A stretch of 64,000 nucleotides of DNA from Octopus vulgaris (lineage: Eukaryota), in assembly GCA_951406725.2 (NCBI GenBank), contig OX597843.1, forward strand, positions 15,500,001-15,564,000. The letters are read 5' to 3'. Shown here one piece after another: positions 25,377-37,012 of the stretch. Made by a program: the position numbers and the translations under genes. The first letter of the stretch is position 1, and each line of letters begins with the position of its first letter. The notes under the pieces are model-generated. The model made no database searches. It saw only the letters and a program-made list of their open reading frames with translations, and was not told where the DNA came from.

Positions 25377-25761
25377 TTAGCAGTGTCGCCCGGCGTTGCT
25401 CAGGTTTGTAAGGGAAATAACTATAAAGCATTTTTAGAGAGTTATAGCCAAAAAATAGCAAAAAAATGGAAAAAAAATTATGGTAAATTTTTTTTGAGAG
25501 TTAAAAAAGCTGGAGTTGCGTCCCCTAGACGGTCTGTGGTTTGGGTTTCTGATTCTCGACCCCATGTCGAATTTATCGATTTTTTTCAGAACTGGGGGAA
25601 CTTTTCAAAATTTTCGCTGCGTTACTTTTGAATTATGACATTGGGCTATGTGTGTGTCAAGTTTCATCAGAATCGGTTGAAAGCCGTGGTCAGGGTGAGG
25701 GTACAACCTAACAGACACACAGAAACACACACAGACAAACTGCCGTTTATATAGAGAGAGA
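25377..25761 (-). mobile_element. Non-autonomous Helitron-like element (copy 1)
   Basis: On the minus strand it starts TCTCTCTCTATATAAACGGCAG and ends with the GC hairpin cctgagcaacgccggg plus CTAA (degenerate CTAG). It is the reverse complement of 29226-29597. Confidence 0.75.
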
Positions 25762-25944
25762 TATCTGTCTCACAAGTATTGGAGATCTTGCAGGAGTTAT
25801 AAAACTTGTCTGATCCTTTCTCCAAAATCGCTAAAATAAAAAGTGTGGAATTTTAACTCAGGTCACAGACAACTGGACAATATACTGCAAGGTGTCTTAT
25901 TCGAGGTCCTCATAGTTGCATTTGTTCATTGAACTGTTATGGTT

Positions 25945-26060
25945 CTTTATTGATCTCGGAAATGAATGACCCAAGGTTGACCTTGGCGGGATTTGAAGTC
26001 AGATTGCCGTGTGTCAGAACGCAATGTATTCTGCTAGACGGTCAAATGATTTGTGCCAAA
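25945..26060 (-). mobile_element. Highly diverged tRNA-SINE fragment
   Basis: aaggttgaccttggcgggatttgaagtcaga is similar to the reverse complement of the SINE core gagttcaattt.cccgaggtcgacttt at 50199-50226. Confidence 0.5.
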
Positions 26061-26256
26061 CCTCGCTCAAGTTATGAACGATGAAATATCTTAACTTATT
26101 AAACAGAACTTCAACTTTACTATTCAACATCTTGAGTTATACGAGATTTAGGGATTCCATTATTGAAACTTTTCTCTTTATTTTACATTAGGATTTCTCA
26201 TTTTGTCAAAACCTTCCAAATGTTTTGAGAAATAGATCTGATCGAATGAATTGATC

Positions 26257-26348
26257 CATTGCATTAATCACCTTAAACTTTCAGTTTTAATCAAATATTC
26301 TAATGAATATTTGATTAAAACTGAAAGTTTAAGGTGATTAATGCAATG
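26257..26348. repeat. Perfect 44-bp inverted repeat with 4-nt loop
   Basis: cattgcattaatcaccttaaactttcagttttaatcaaatattc-taat-gaatatttgattaaaactgaaagtttaaggtgattaatgcaatg; the arms are exact reverse complements. Confidence 0.95.
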
Positions 26349-26779
26349 ATGCAAGCCAATTAACTGGAAATAATCACCTGGAAGAGCAATGTGTTGCAAC
26401 AGAGTATTTGTTATGATTGCATGTATCAAATAATTTCTCTTTTTTATTCTATTCCATTTCTTGAGACATTAAATTTTAATAATTTACTTAAAAATTGCGT
26501 AAGATTTCAGGTGAACGGGGATACATCAATCAGCCGAAACTTCAATTAACCTTCCATAATTTTGTAATAAGGTTTATTGTGTTTGTGATAGGGTAAATTT
26601 TACTGATGACATTCTATCAAAAATAAATTCCTCATAATTTGTTAAAATAACACTATTTTGATTTCTTCACTTAGGTATTTTAAGAATTTGGCAATTTAAG
26701 CGGATCTCGTCATTATCTGCTGTTTAATTCATCTGTTTCATTTTTAATTATAAAAATAATCATTTCTTCTATAGGAACA

Positions 26780-26970
26780 AACCTGAAATTTTGGGAAAGG
26801 GACAAGTCCTTTACATTGATCTCAGAGATAAATTGCTATTTATTTTACCGACTCCAAAAGAATGAAAAACAAAGTCAACCTCGACAGAATTTAAAATCGA
26901 AACGTAAAGACGAACGAAATACCGCTCAACATTTTGTCTGGCGTGCACAACGATTCTGATAGCTCGCTGC
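26780..26970 (-). mobile_element. Diverged tRNA-derived SINE
   Basis: The reverse complement aligns with the head and core of the SINE at 50119-50360 (aaagtcaacctcgacagaattt ... gaaataccgct ... gattctg). Confidence 0.7.
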
Positions 26971-27428
26971 ATATTCTATTATAAAATTAACACAAACAAT
27001 AATTAACAATTATTCTGTGACACGATCAACTGATATTATATCATATTACTGTGATAATAAGCAACAATTCATCTAATTAATGATATAATATAACTATGTG
27101 GAATACACGTTTTCTTAGCACTAAAGTTTTTATACTGTCCGTTCATTGAATATACCGTAAGATTTGATAAGTTCAGACAAATGAAATCAAAGTCAGATAC
27201 TAGTCATATCCAATCTCTGTGTATGCGATGTTATATATTATAAATTCAATATGGTAAGTAACAGTTTATTTGACTTCACAGCAGGTAACATATCGATTTG
27301 TTTTACTCTAACATAAGATTGTGCTTAAAGCTGTGAGATAAACAGCATAAGCGATTAGCTGAGAACATAATCAATGAGAATTTAAAATATTGGATGTGGA
27401 AAATACGTAGAAAGTGTCAAATACTTAC

Positions 27429-27619
27429 AAATATTCAACATTCGTCGGAATTGGTTGTGGAATTGATAGTAAATTGCGACGTGCACAATTTATTTCCGTT
27501 GTAAGTGAATTGCAATTACATGTGTTGCATATATCTGAATCAGCTTGAGTCTCCAAAAACAATATCGTACACAGTATCAACGCAAGAGACCGTCTATATG
27601 ATACTACGTGGTGAAACAT
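27429..27619 (-). CDS. First coding exon of a secreted or cell-surface LRR protein: signal peptide + LRRNT cap
   Basis: Encodes MFHHVVSYRRSLALILCTILFLETQA-DSDICNTCNCNSLTTEINCARRNLLSIPQPIPTNVEY(L): a hydrophobic leader, then CxxCxC...INC...LxxIPxxIP (LRRNT). Acceptor (t)11acag| lies just upstream of 27639, leaving 20 nt before the ATG; donor TT|gtaagt is phase 2. Confidence 0.92.
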
Positions 27620-28165
27620 ATTGCCAGGCGTAGATTTATCTGTAAAAAAAAAAGGAAATGTCAGAGATTTCAATGTTATTAACTTCAAATTGCAGATTCT
27701 CCGAAGCAACTAAAATTCACCCCTGGTCCACATGACAAATATATTTTTGTTTTCGTGATTGGATATTTAAAGCTAAAAAATTAAATTTCGATAAATTAGT
27801 GTGAAGAAATTTATAAAAATATTATAGCTTTAACGCGTAATAATATCAAAGAAAACACCAAACACACACACACAAACACAAACGCACTCCTACACACATC
27901 TGTAACCATCTTCGGGGGTGGGGTCTAATATATTTACAAAACTAGTGAACCATGAGTTTCGTAGACCCTAAATACGCAGTGGTTGTAAACCCGGTTGGGT
28001 CGTTAAATCCGATGGGACCCCACAAGCAACTGTATGGTAACAAAGGATTTTTCCTGTACCCCAGTTTTAGAAGCGTTCATACAAAGTTTTCCTTAAATGA
28101 ACTATCATGATTTCATTTTACTTATTTTTTTTTTACTGAAAACAAGAATAAAGCATGAACGTAAA

Positions 28166-28969
28166 TCTATATATATAAAACTCAACTTGTGTGTCTGTCT
28201 GTGTATCTGTGTGTGTGTCTGTGTCTTTTACTTCCCGGCACATCTCCTCCTAGCCAACAAATCGTAGAACCACCAAACATGGGTCACTTAAAGTTTAGGC
28301 GAATGAAAATTGAACTGCGCTATTTCTGTTCCGAAATTCATCTCGCAAGTGCAAAAATCAATAATGTGTTTGTTTAGGCCTTCTCCCATGCATTGAATAG
28401 TGAACTTTACTCAGTCAGCTGTTTGACGTGAACTGTGTTCACCACGCGTGCAAGCATGCGTAAATTGCATGAAAAATAAACAAATCAAGATATAAAAACG
28501 AATCGCCGTAAACATTGTAGAAATTCGGCAACGAAATGAATTTTCGGGGTGTAGCCTGGAGGGTTTTTTCATACTAATCGTTTGGACTTTGTGAACTTAT
28601 ACCAATTGTTTTCATAACATTTTTAACGCTTTGAATTAAATATGACCATTTTGCGTTGAGTCTGCAGTTTGAATCACTAACCAAATTTTAGCAGGCCGGA
28701 TTTTTGATCATCACGATACATCGCCAGCGACTCCCTGAAACTCTCCTCTGAAATCCCCGTTGAGAAATACTGATCTAAAAGAATAATTCAACAATGCAAT
28801 TATTTGATCAAAAAAAAATTATGAAACACTTATACGTACTTCCTACTGAGGAAATGGTACACTTAAGTGCAAAAATAGAGGGTATTAAATGCTTGATTTT
28901 AAAACCAAGTTTGGATTAATTCGCGCGTGCATAGAACGCACGAGCGCACGAGGTGAATAATACTGCTAG
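28166..28969 (+). mobile_element. Non-autonomous Helitron-like element (different family)
   Basis: Starts A|TCTATATATATAAAA; subterminal hairpin gcgcgtgc-atagaac-gcacgagc; ends CTAG|T. Confidence 0.75.
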
Positions 28970-29199
28970 TGAACAAATAAAAATGGCCCTAAATCAAACG
29001 AAGCAAATTATAATCAATCGCTTTTTCATCGTCCTCTCAGGCTCCCAAATCTCACCAACACACATCACAAATTTCTTCAAATTCTTTGCAATTCAACCGC
29101 CTCTACTGTCATTTGACACTTCTCGGCCTCAAACAATACTTAACAAAACTCAACTACTAAGAAAAATACCGACCCGATTTTTTGTACTACTAACATTCT

Positions 29200-29225
<26 letters not shown>

Positions 29226-29230
<5 letters not shown>

Positions 29231-29596
29231 ATATATAAACGGCAGTTTGTCTGTGCGTGTTTCTGTGTGTCTGTTTTCTCGTACCCTCACTCTGACCACG
29301 GCTTTCAACCGATTCTGATGAAACTTGACACACACATAGCCCAATGTCATAATTCAAAACTAACGCAGCGAAAATTTTGAAAAGTTCCCCCAGTTCTGAA
29401 AAAAATCGATAAATTTGACATGGGGTCGAAAATGAGAAACCCAAACCACAGACCGTCTAGGGGACGCAACTCCACCTGTTTTAACTCTCAAAAAAAATTT
29501 ACCATCATTTTTTTTCTATTTTTTGGCTATAACTCTCTAAAAATGCTTTATAGTTATTTCCCTTACAAACCTGAGCAACGCCGGGCGATACTGCTA

Positions 29597-29597
<1 letters not shown>
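29226..29597 (+). mobile_element. Non-autonomous Helitron-like element (copy 2) inside an (AT)n tract
   Basis: A|TCTCTATATATAAACGGCAG ... cctgagcaacgccgggcgatactgCTAG|T; flanked by (AT)n; inverted relative to 25377-25761. Confidence 0.8.
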
Positions 29598-29653
<56 letters not shown>

Positions 29654-29665
29654 AATGTTATATAT

Positions 29666-29697
<32 letters not shown>

Positions 29698-29779
29698 TAT
29701 ACATTCATGCACATTTAGGTGTGTGTGTGTGTGTGCCGAATCACTGAAATCTGAAATATTATAACAAATTTACCAAAAA

Positions 29780-30212
29780 CTTTCAACCATGAGAAAACAT
29801 GAATGCCTTGCTGATGCCTTCCATGAAATGGCACAAAAGACGCAAATCTACATAGAAACACTTTATTCCCTTCTTACATACCAACACCAAAATGAGAACC
29901 AAAGCAGAACTCCAGAAACGGATATCCACAACCAAAATTCAACCACACAAGACGTACTAAAAGAATTGAATGAACTCAGCTTGGAAAAAGGAGACATACA
30001 AAAAGAGAAATCAAATGAAAAACATCCGGGTTAAGATATTAAATAAAAGAAACCAAGCATATTGCAGAGCCCTAAACAATGAAAACCTAGCCAACACTTA
30101 TGAACAGTGGAGGGGCAGAGAAGAAGTAATACTCTCAAGAAACTTTCGTATCAAAGAAATAACGTCAGAAGCAAAGGAAGAAACAAAAAATATTGGGGAA
30201 AAAATCGTTTAA
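29780..30212 (+). mobile_element. Degenerate ORF fragment, probably retroelement-derived
   Basis: A-rich overlapping frameshifted ORFs (LNKRNQAYCRALNNENLANTYEQWR...); family not confidently recognised. Confidence 0.3.
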
Positions 30213-30989
30213 AAGCGACATTAACCGGAAATGATCAAAATATTGTTATTCGATCAGACGACAGATTTTTCATGTTTTACAATCATCTCACTTTTGCTCG
30301 ATAACTATTGATCATCGATCTCTAACGAAATACACCGTCTAAAGTCAAAATTAAAATGAAGTACATTTCTAAATTCATTGTTAGACCCTCCAGTGTTCAC
30401 ATTGTCATCCACTATTCTCTTTGTGAAGAATCTCTGAAGTTTAAGCTGGATGTGCTAGAAATAGCAGCCAAATATTTCCTGTGAGCAGACGATAGATTCA
30501 TTTAACGATAGTGTCACTTCAGAAAATCACGTTATCAATAACGATAATAATTTACATGGAAGCAAACGATACAAATTCATTTAACAATAGTTCGTTTCAG
30601 AAAATTACGATTGTGAAATAAAGTATATGATAGAGAAATTATAACAATTCTGAAGAGGAATTAAAGGTTTTAGCAGCTTTAAAGTAATGGGAAAAGAATT
30701 TTCGTTATCAAAGTAGCAATATTTTATACGAAAGAAGGATGACAGGCGAGGATTTTGTGGTGTGAAGGGTCTTCAAGTGTATATGTCCTGGTGTGTGTGT
30801 GTATGTGTGTGTGTGTGCGCGTTTGTTTGTGTGTGTGTATCTGTGTCTGAGTGAGTGGGTGTGTGTGTGTTTGTGTGTGATGCAATGAGATACATAACCA
30901 TGCCTAATTATTTCTTTAATATAAAACTGAAGTGAATATTAATGATAATATTTAATGATAATTTTAAATGACATAATTTTCCTGTAAAG

Positions 30990-32025
30990 AAGGTTTAGAC
31001 TTCAATGATTTCAGTCTCGTCCACCACTCTACTTCTTTAGCCACCGGGCAGGAGAAACTGCTTTTCCTTCCCGGCCAGAAAAAAGGTGGCGGGGCGATCT
31101 TTACAATGAACTCGGCTCGTAAACTGGACGGATGAGTGCATGCAGGACTATTTGATCGCCCTGCGCACATCCCTGACATATCCGTCCGTCAACACTTTCG
31201 TATCTGTAGAGCTTGTCTTGAATCGGCAGAGCTCCCCGGTAGCACTTCCAAACCAGGGATTTCTGGAAGTTAAAGACCAGTTAGTTGATTCCCTCCACCT
31301 ACGCCCAGAATTTACCCCGATTTCGTCCTTGTTCTTTCCCCTCTACTAATCCCCTATAGAAATCCATGGTGGAACTTTCAACGCCGGCATTGCCCGACTG
31401 GCAGAAAGCTGTGAGAGCTTGCCGACACTCCAGGTGCCAAGCGCCCTTTCTTGGCCAACGCTTCACTCAGTACTGTAGCTTCTTCAGTGAGACGAGCTGC
31501 GGAAAGTCCCGTTTGACAAACAGTCAATCCCCAATGCTCACCCATAAAGAAACGCAGGAGATGTCTCAGCGCATGTCTGCGAATCATTAGCAACGGCATG
31601 TACAGTACTCCACTGAGAGGTTGTTGACAGCAGATAGAACGTCTGATGAGCGGAACACGTCCCTTCTTTAGAAAGCGGAATAACAAACGCTCTAACTTTA
31701 TCGGGCATGGGACTAAATTCAGGCAGTCATAGATGACGGAAGCGATGTACGCATTAGGCATCTCGACTCGACCCTTCACGAACAGCTTCCTCTCTGCCAA
31801 TTTCTGGGTGAGATCGACTATCCTGTTCGTCACCTCCCACCCGTTGTTGTCCACCTCGAGGTCTACAGCAGACCAGACCCCAAGCAGTTTAACCTGTCTT
31901 TCCATTTAGGACCCTAAAACCTGTCGGTAGGTATGGGTCTGCCTCTCCATCTGCCGATTTGCAGGCCCACCGACTTCTATTGGATAAGCTTTGCTCCTAT
32001 CACCGCTTCGTGGACAGTATTATGA
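30990..32025 (-). mobile_element. Tx1/L1-clade LINE ORF2 fragment, subfamily B (decayed); ~310-nt pieces recur at 36155-36465, 48676-48985, 55999-56308, 63245-63554
   Basis: VKLLGVW...WEVTNRIVDLTQKLAERKLFVKGRV...AYIASVIYDCL...LERLLFRFLKKG is the RT thumb / post-RT region of L1/Tx1 ORF2 (K.LG, W..R.LS..GR, F.W). Confidence 0.85.
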
Positions 32026-32068
32026 TGACACAGTCCGTGTTAGCTGTTACGAACATTCCTCATCCTAA

Positions 32069-32123
<55 letters not shown>

Positions 32124-32453
32124 CATCTGTATTTCTAGTTATATAATTTCGATTTGAAAAGTTTCAGTCAGCAGTTTATGATGATTGGCGGTGGAAGTGG
32201 AAGAGTTAAAATGAAAGAGTGGGGAGAGGGAGTGATAGAAGAGAGAGAGGGAAAAGAAGAGGAGGAGAGATGATGTGCACGATTGTGAGTGTGTGTGTGT
32301 GTGTGTCTGTGTGTATGATGCAATTAGATACACAACCCTGCCTAATCTTTTCTTTAATATGAAACTGAAGGGAATATCACATTAACGATTGCATTAAATG
32401 AAATAATTTTATTGTAACGAAGTGAGTGAAAAGTTTAGCCGGTTAAAAATTCC

Positions 32454-32526
<73 letters not shown>

Positions 32527-32570
32527 TTAATAATAATAATAATGATAATGATAATAATACTAATAATAAT

Positions 32571-32627
<57 letters not shown>

Positions 32628-33149
32628 TATGTTTTGTTTTAACTTCATGTTTTGATAATGTTTTTTTTTATCCAATAAAGAATTTAATATTGACGGAATG
32701 TGTTTGTTGCTGATTATAGTAAGATAAATTCAAAAAATCAACAATACATCTCATAGTTGAAGAATAAAACATTTTGAAACTACATAAACATCAACAACAA
32801 CAAAGCTAGCTGCGGACCCGTGGTTCCATAAGTCTTTATAAAACACCGGTAGGCTTTATGTGTGGATAAAACAAAATTTTTCCGAAAATCCCAGGCTAGC
32901 TTTGACAATACAATAATTCAAACCTTAATAAACCACCTCAATTGTATAATACTACACTTAAGCCAACATTCTACAACCCTATCTACTAGACGATAGATAT
33001 TAGTTCCATTACAACCTCCCAATCCGAAACTAATATAAATCCTAATTTAGATTCTCCCCACTAACAACAAACCAACCAACATCAACATTACTAATAGTAA
33101 ACCACAACCACTTGAAAATGTCGCGCTTCTGAAATATACGGTATGCAGA

Positions 33150-33480
33150 CACCTGTCTCCTCAAAAGCGTAATCTATAAGTGCTACGTGATGACCCCATG
33201 CACCCACCAGGCAAGGGTGTATATTTGGGGCACTGAGGATTTTGAATGCCGTTGTCGTGCTCATATGTATTCTTTCACTAATCCCGAATCTAAACTATTT
33301 CAATCTTTAGCGACACACATTTACAACCTCAATTCAAAACAATGTCCAACACGCTCTATCGTGGTCCATAGTATGTGAAGCTCCCCTCTACAACACAAAT
33401 ATAGGTAAATGTATGTTATGTATAAAAGGGTCATTAACTATTCTTCGCCTCCACAACTCCTCGCTGTTAAATTCTCTGAC
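33150..33480 (+). mobile_element. Penelope-like GIY-YIG endonuclease remnant (copies at ~43300-43630 and ~53050-53375)
   Basis: CLLKSVIYKCYV...VYIWGTEDFECRCRAHMYSF...SLATHIYNL / [22 protein letters not shown]...LLNS matches the PLE EN pattern (VIY..YIG.T..F..R...H..SF...L..HI...C.LC..E...LLN). Confidence 0.8.
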
Positions 33481-34162
33481 GTTATTTTTTATCGTAAGCC
33501 TAAATACCGCCCGACATTCATGCACTTCACTAATTCTAAATAATCCTAGAGCAAGCCCCGAAGCCAATCAAATCTCTAATGTAAAACAAGAGTCAACCTG
33601 ACAATCGACAAGAGAACACATTCCAAATAGCTTATATGTGTGTGTGTGTGTGTGAGTGTGCCTATGTACGCATATATCTATATATGTATATATATAGAAA
33701 TTCAGGGTGAGTACTTGATAATTGTAAGCACCTGTATATACCGTTTGGTGGTGTAGGTGGTGGAGTAAATTAATCAAAATAAAAACATGATGCCAAGGAT
33801 TCAGCGGTACATAAGTTTCGGGCCTTTATTAGACGGATTTATAACAATGCATAATGTGTGTATGTGGCCTTCTTCAGCCGCGCACAATTACTACCTCAAG
33901 GACATGTATTACATCAAAAATTCTACGTTGAGGATGCAAATCCTCTCATTCGCGTACGACATAATGCGGCAACAGCATAAAAATGAAGCGTCCATCTCGT
34001 CCTTCTCTCAATGTAGAATGAGGAAGTTTGGATGTTGAGGTCATATAAATAAATGAATAAATAAATATATACATATATAAATACAGACAAACGTGAACGA
34101 ACCTGGTAATAAGAGCAAATAGAGATAAGGATGGAGGGGCGAGAATTCAGGACGAAGGATAA

Positions 34163-34960
34163 ATAAGCCCACAGGTCGGAAATTGCTGGACACTGCACGA
34201 TTGCGTGCAGAGCGGTTTCGTCGCTCTGCCCGCATCTCGGGCAGGTCGGCCCCGTGTTTCTCGAGCCATGCCTATAGAGCTTATCCCGAACGGGTAGCGC
34301 TTCTCTGTAGCACCGCCAGGCCAGGGAGCTCTGGAAGTTGTCCATAGGTCCCGGGCCGAAAGTCGTTTGAAACAGGTGGGTCAGGTATTCCTCGTCGACG
34401 CCCAGGTTTGCCACGAGATCGTCGTCGTACCTCCCCTCCACTAATCCCCTATAGAATTCTTTGGTTGTGTTGAAGTCACTCAAGGTCGACCCGAGAAGGC
34501 AGAGTTGCTTGAGAGCAACGCGACACTCGCGGTGCCATTCGCCCGTACTCGGCTTCTTTTTGATCCACGACTGTTGTTCGGTCATGGAGACGAGTTGCGG
34601 GAATGCGTGCCTCACAAACGGTGACCACACCTGTTCACCGTCGTCTACATAGAGCCGGAGATGTCGCAGTCTCAGCGCGTGTCTGCGCATCATCAACCAC
34701 GGCATGCCCAGCCCTTCTTTTAACGGGTGTTGACAGCAAATGGATCGCCTGACCAACAGGACGCATCCTTTCCACAAGAAGCGGAAGAGGATGCGTTCTA
34801 GTTTGGTGATGGTAGGGTCGGGACAAGGTATGACGGTCAGGCGGTAGTAGATGATGGACGCGATGTAGGCGTTCGCCACCTCCGCCCGACCTTTTAGGGA
34901 CACTTTCCTCTCGGCCCATTGCTGGGCGAGAGTGACCACCCTACTCGTTATCTCGTTCCA
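34163..34960 (-). mobile_element. Tx1/L1-clade LINE ORF2, subfamily A, truncated at both ends
   Basis: WAERKVSLKGRAEVANAYIAS...LFRFLWKG...EGLG...CPRCGQSDETALHAIVQC (CCHC knuckle). Confidence 0.9.
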
Positions 34961-34987
34961 GATAGATAGATAGATATGTAGATATAT

Positions 34988-35065
<78 letters not shown>

Positions 35066-35419
35066 GGATAGATAGATAGAAGATCGATTGATTGATCGAT
35101 AGATAGATCATTTTCTATTGTTGCATCCTTTAAAATTTCAGGAACACAAACCATAGAGCTTCAATTCCCGTTCGCTGTCTTCGATGAGATCCGACAATTC
35201 TAATTTATGGCGTAGAATTTAAACCACAGCTGTAAACAATTCCTTACGTTTGTCATCCATTGGGCTGCGACTATGCTGGGGCACTGCCTTAAAGTGTTTT
35301 AGTCGCACAAATCGACCCCAGTATTTGTTGTTAAGCCTGCTGCGTATTCTCGCGATCCCTTCCGCTGATTTGCCTAGAGTTACGCAAATTTATACTTTTG
35401 ATTTTTTATTATTATTTAC

Positions 35420-35615
35420 CAGAAAAAAGAAAAACATGAAGGCAATTATCGTCAGCGGCAGGCAATTCTGAATCAGACGTAAATGCTTTGAAAATGATGT
35501 GGTAAAAATGTGAAAAGTTTCAAGTGGTTGTAAGGAATTTAACAAGATACCGATCGGCCAAATTACTGGGACGTAAAAAACCGGAACCTGTTCCCAAGCG
35601 GTCATAGTGGATAAA
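35420..35615 (-). CDS. Candidate 196-nt host exon encoding a hydrophobic peptide (copies 47945-48140, 62500-62695)
   Basis: tttcag| acceptor, CTG|gtaa(a/g)t donor. Open in all three copies: LSTMTAWE(Q/E)VPVFYVPVIWPIGILLNSLQPLETFHIFTTSFSKHLRLIQNCLPLTIIAFMFFFFL. Substitutions between copies are mostly at third codon positions. Product not recognised. Confidence 0.4.
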
Positions 35616-35697
35616 CTGAAACACATACACATATACATACACGCGCTCACATATACATAGATATATACATATATGTAAAATATATATATATATACGT

Positions 35698-35734
<37 letters not shown>

Positions 35735-36923
35735 ACAAAGTAAGTTTGGGGCTACTAATAAATATATATAATTGAAATATAGGATAGAATTTTTACGAGG
35801 ATTTATCAAGTAGTTATCGTGAAAACCTCAGAAAGGATAACTTATTAATTATTCACTATGAATATATTTATATATATTAAGGGCATTACTTATACATAAA
35901 TGCCTCACGCTAGGAGGGTCTCTTGAAGTCAAAACTACTATAATGCCCACATTGTACAAAACGCGAGGGAATGCAACTCTCAAAGCGAGCCTCCAGAAAC
36001 AGACGTAGCTGAACATCATATGATTCCGTAATTAGTGCACAAAATGCACTTTTCACTCATCAGCGCAGCCTTTGTCAAGACATAAAAATTAACAAAAATC
36101 AACGTACCAGACAAACACTTCTATCCTGGCGTTTGATACAATGTGGTTATTATATTCAGGCAGTCATAGATGACGGAAGCGATGTACGCATTCGCCACCT
36201 CGACTCGACCCTTCACGAACAGCTTCCTCTCTGCCAATTTCTGGGTGAGATCGACTATCCTGTTCGTCACCTCCCACCCGTTGTTGTCCCACCTCGGGGT
36301 CTACAGCAGACCAGACCCCAAACAGTTTAACCTGTCTTTCACTTTAGCGCCCTACAAACTGTCGGTTGGTATGGGTCTGCCACTCCATCTGCCGATTTGC
36401 AGGCCCACCGACTTCTCCTGGATAAGCTTTGCTCCTATCAACACTTCGTGGACAGTATTATGATGACGTAGTCCGTGTTAGCTGATACGAACATTCCACG
36501 TCCTAAGACATATATATATATTTATATATATATATATATATATATATGTTATCTGTATTTCTAATTATATAATTTCGATTTGAAAATTTCAGTCAGCAGT
36601 TTATGATGATTGGCGGTGGAAGTGGAAGAGTTAAAATGAGAGAGGGGTAGAGGGAGTGATAGAAGAGAGAGAGGGGAAAGAAGAGGAGGAGAGTTGATGT
36701 GTACGATTGTTCGTGTGTGTGTGTGTGTTTGTGTCTCTGTGTGTGATGTAATATATACATAACCCTGCCTAAGCTTTTCTTTAATATGAAACTGGAGGGA
36801 ATATCACATTAATGATTGCATTAAATGATATAATTTTACTGTGAAGAAGTGAGTGAAATGTTTAGCCGGAAGAAATTTCCAATAACAATAATAATTATAA
36901 TAATAATAATAAAAATAATAATA

Positions 36924-37010
<87 letters not shown>

Positions 37011-37012
<2 letters not shown>

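Noticed and set aside
23730-27428. Additional LRR exons between LRRNT and the array, or LRRCT/TM exons at 1-737
   Set aside because: No 72-nt GT-AG LRR segment or WxCxC motif was found by eye; these regions are largely TE remnants.
32130-32275. CCAAT plus TATATAA spaced like a Pol II promoter on the minus strand (repeated in each large unit)
   Set aside because: Such short motifs are expected by chance in AT-rich DNA, and it runs straight into (TA)n and a LINE fragment; no transcript evidence.
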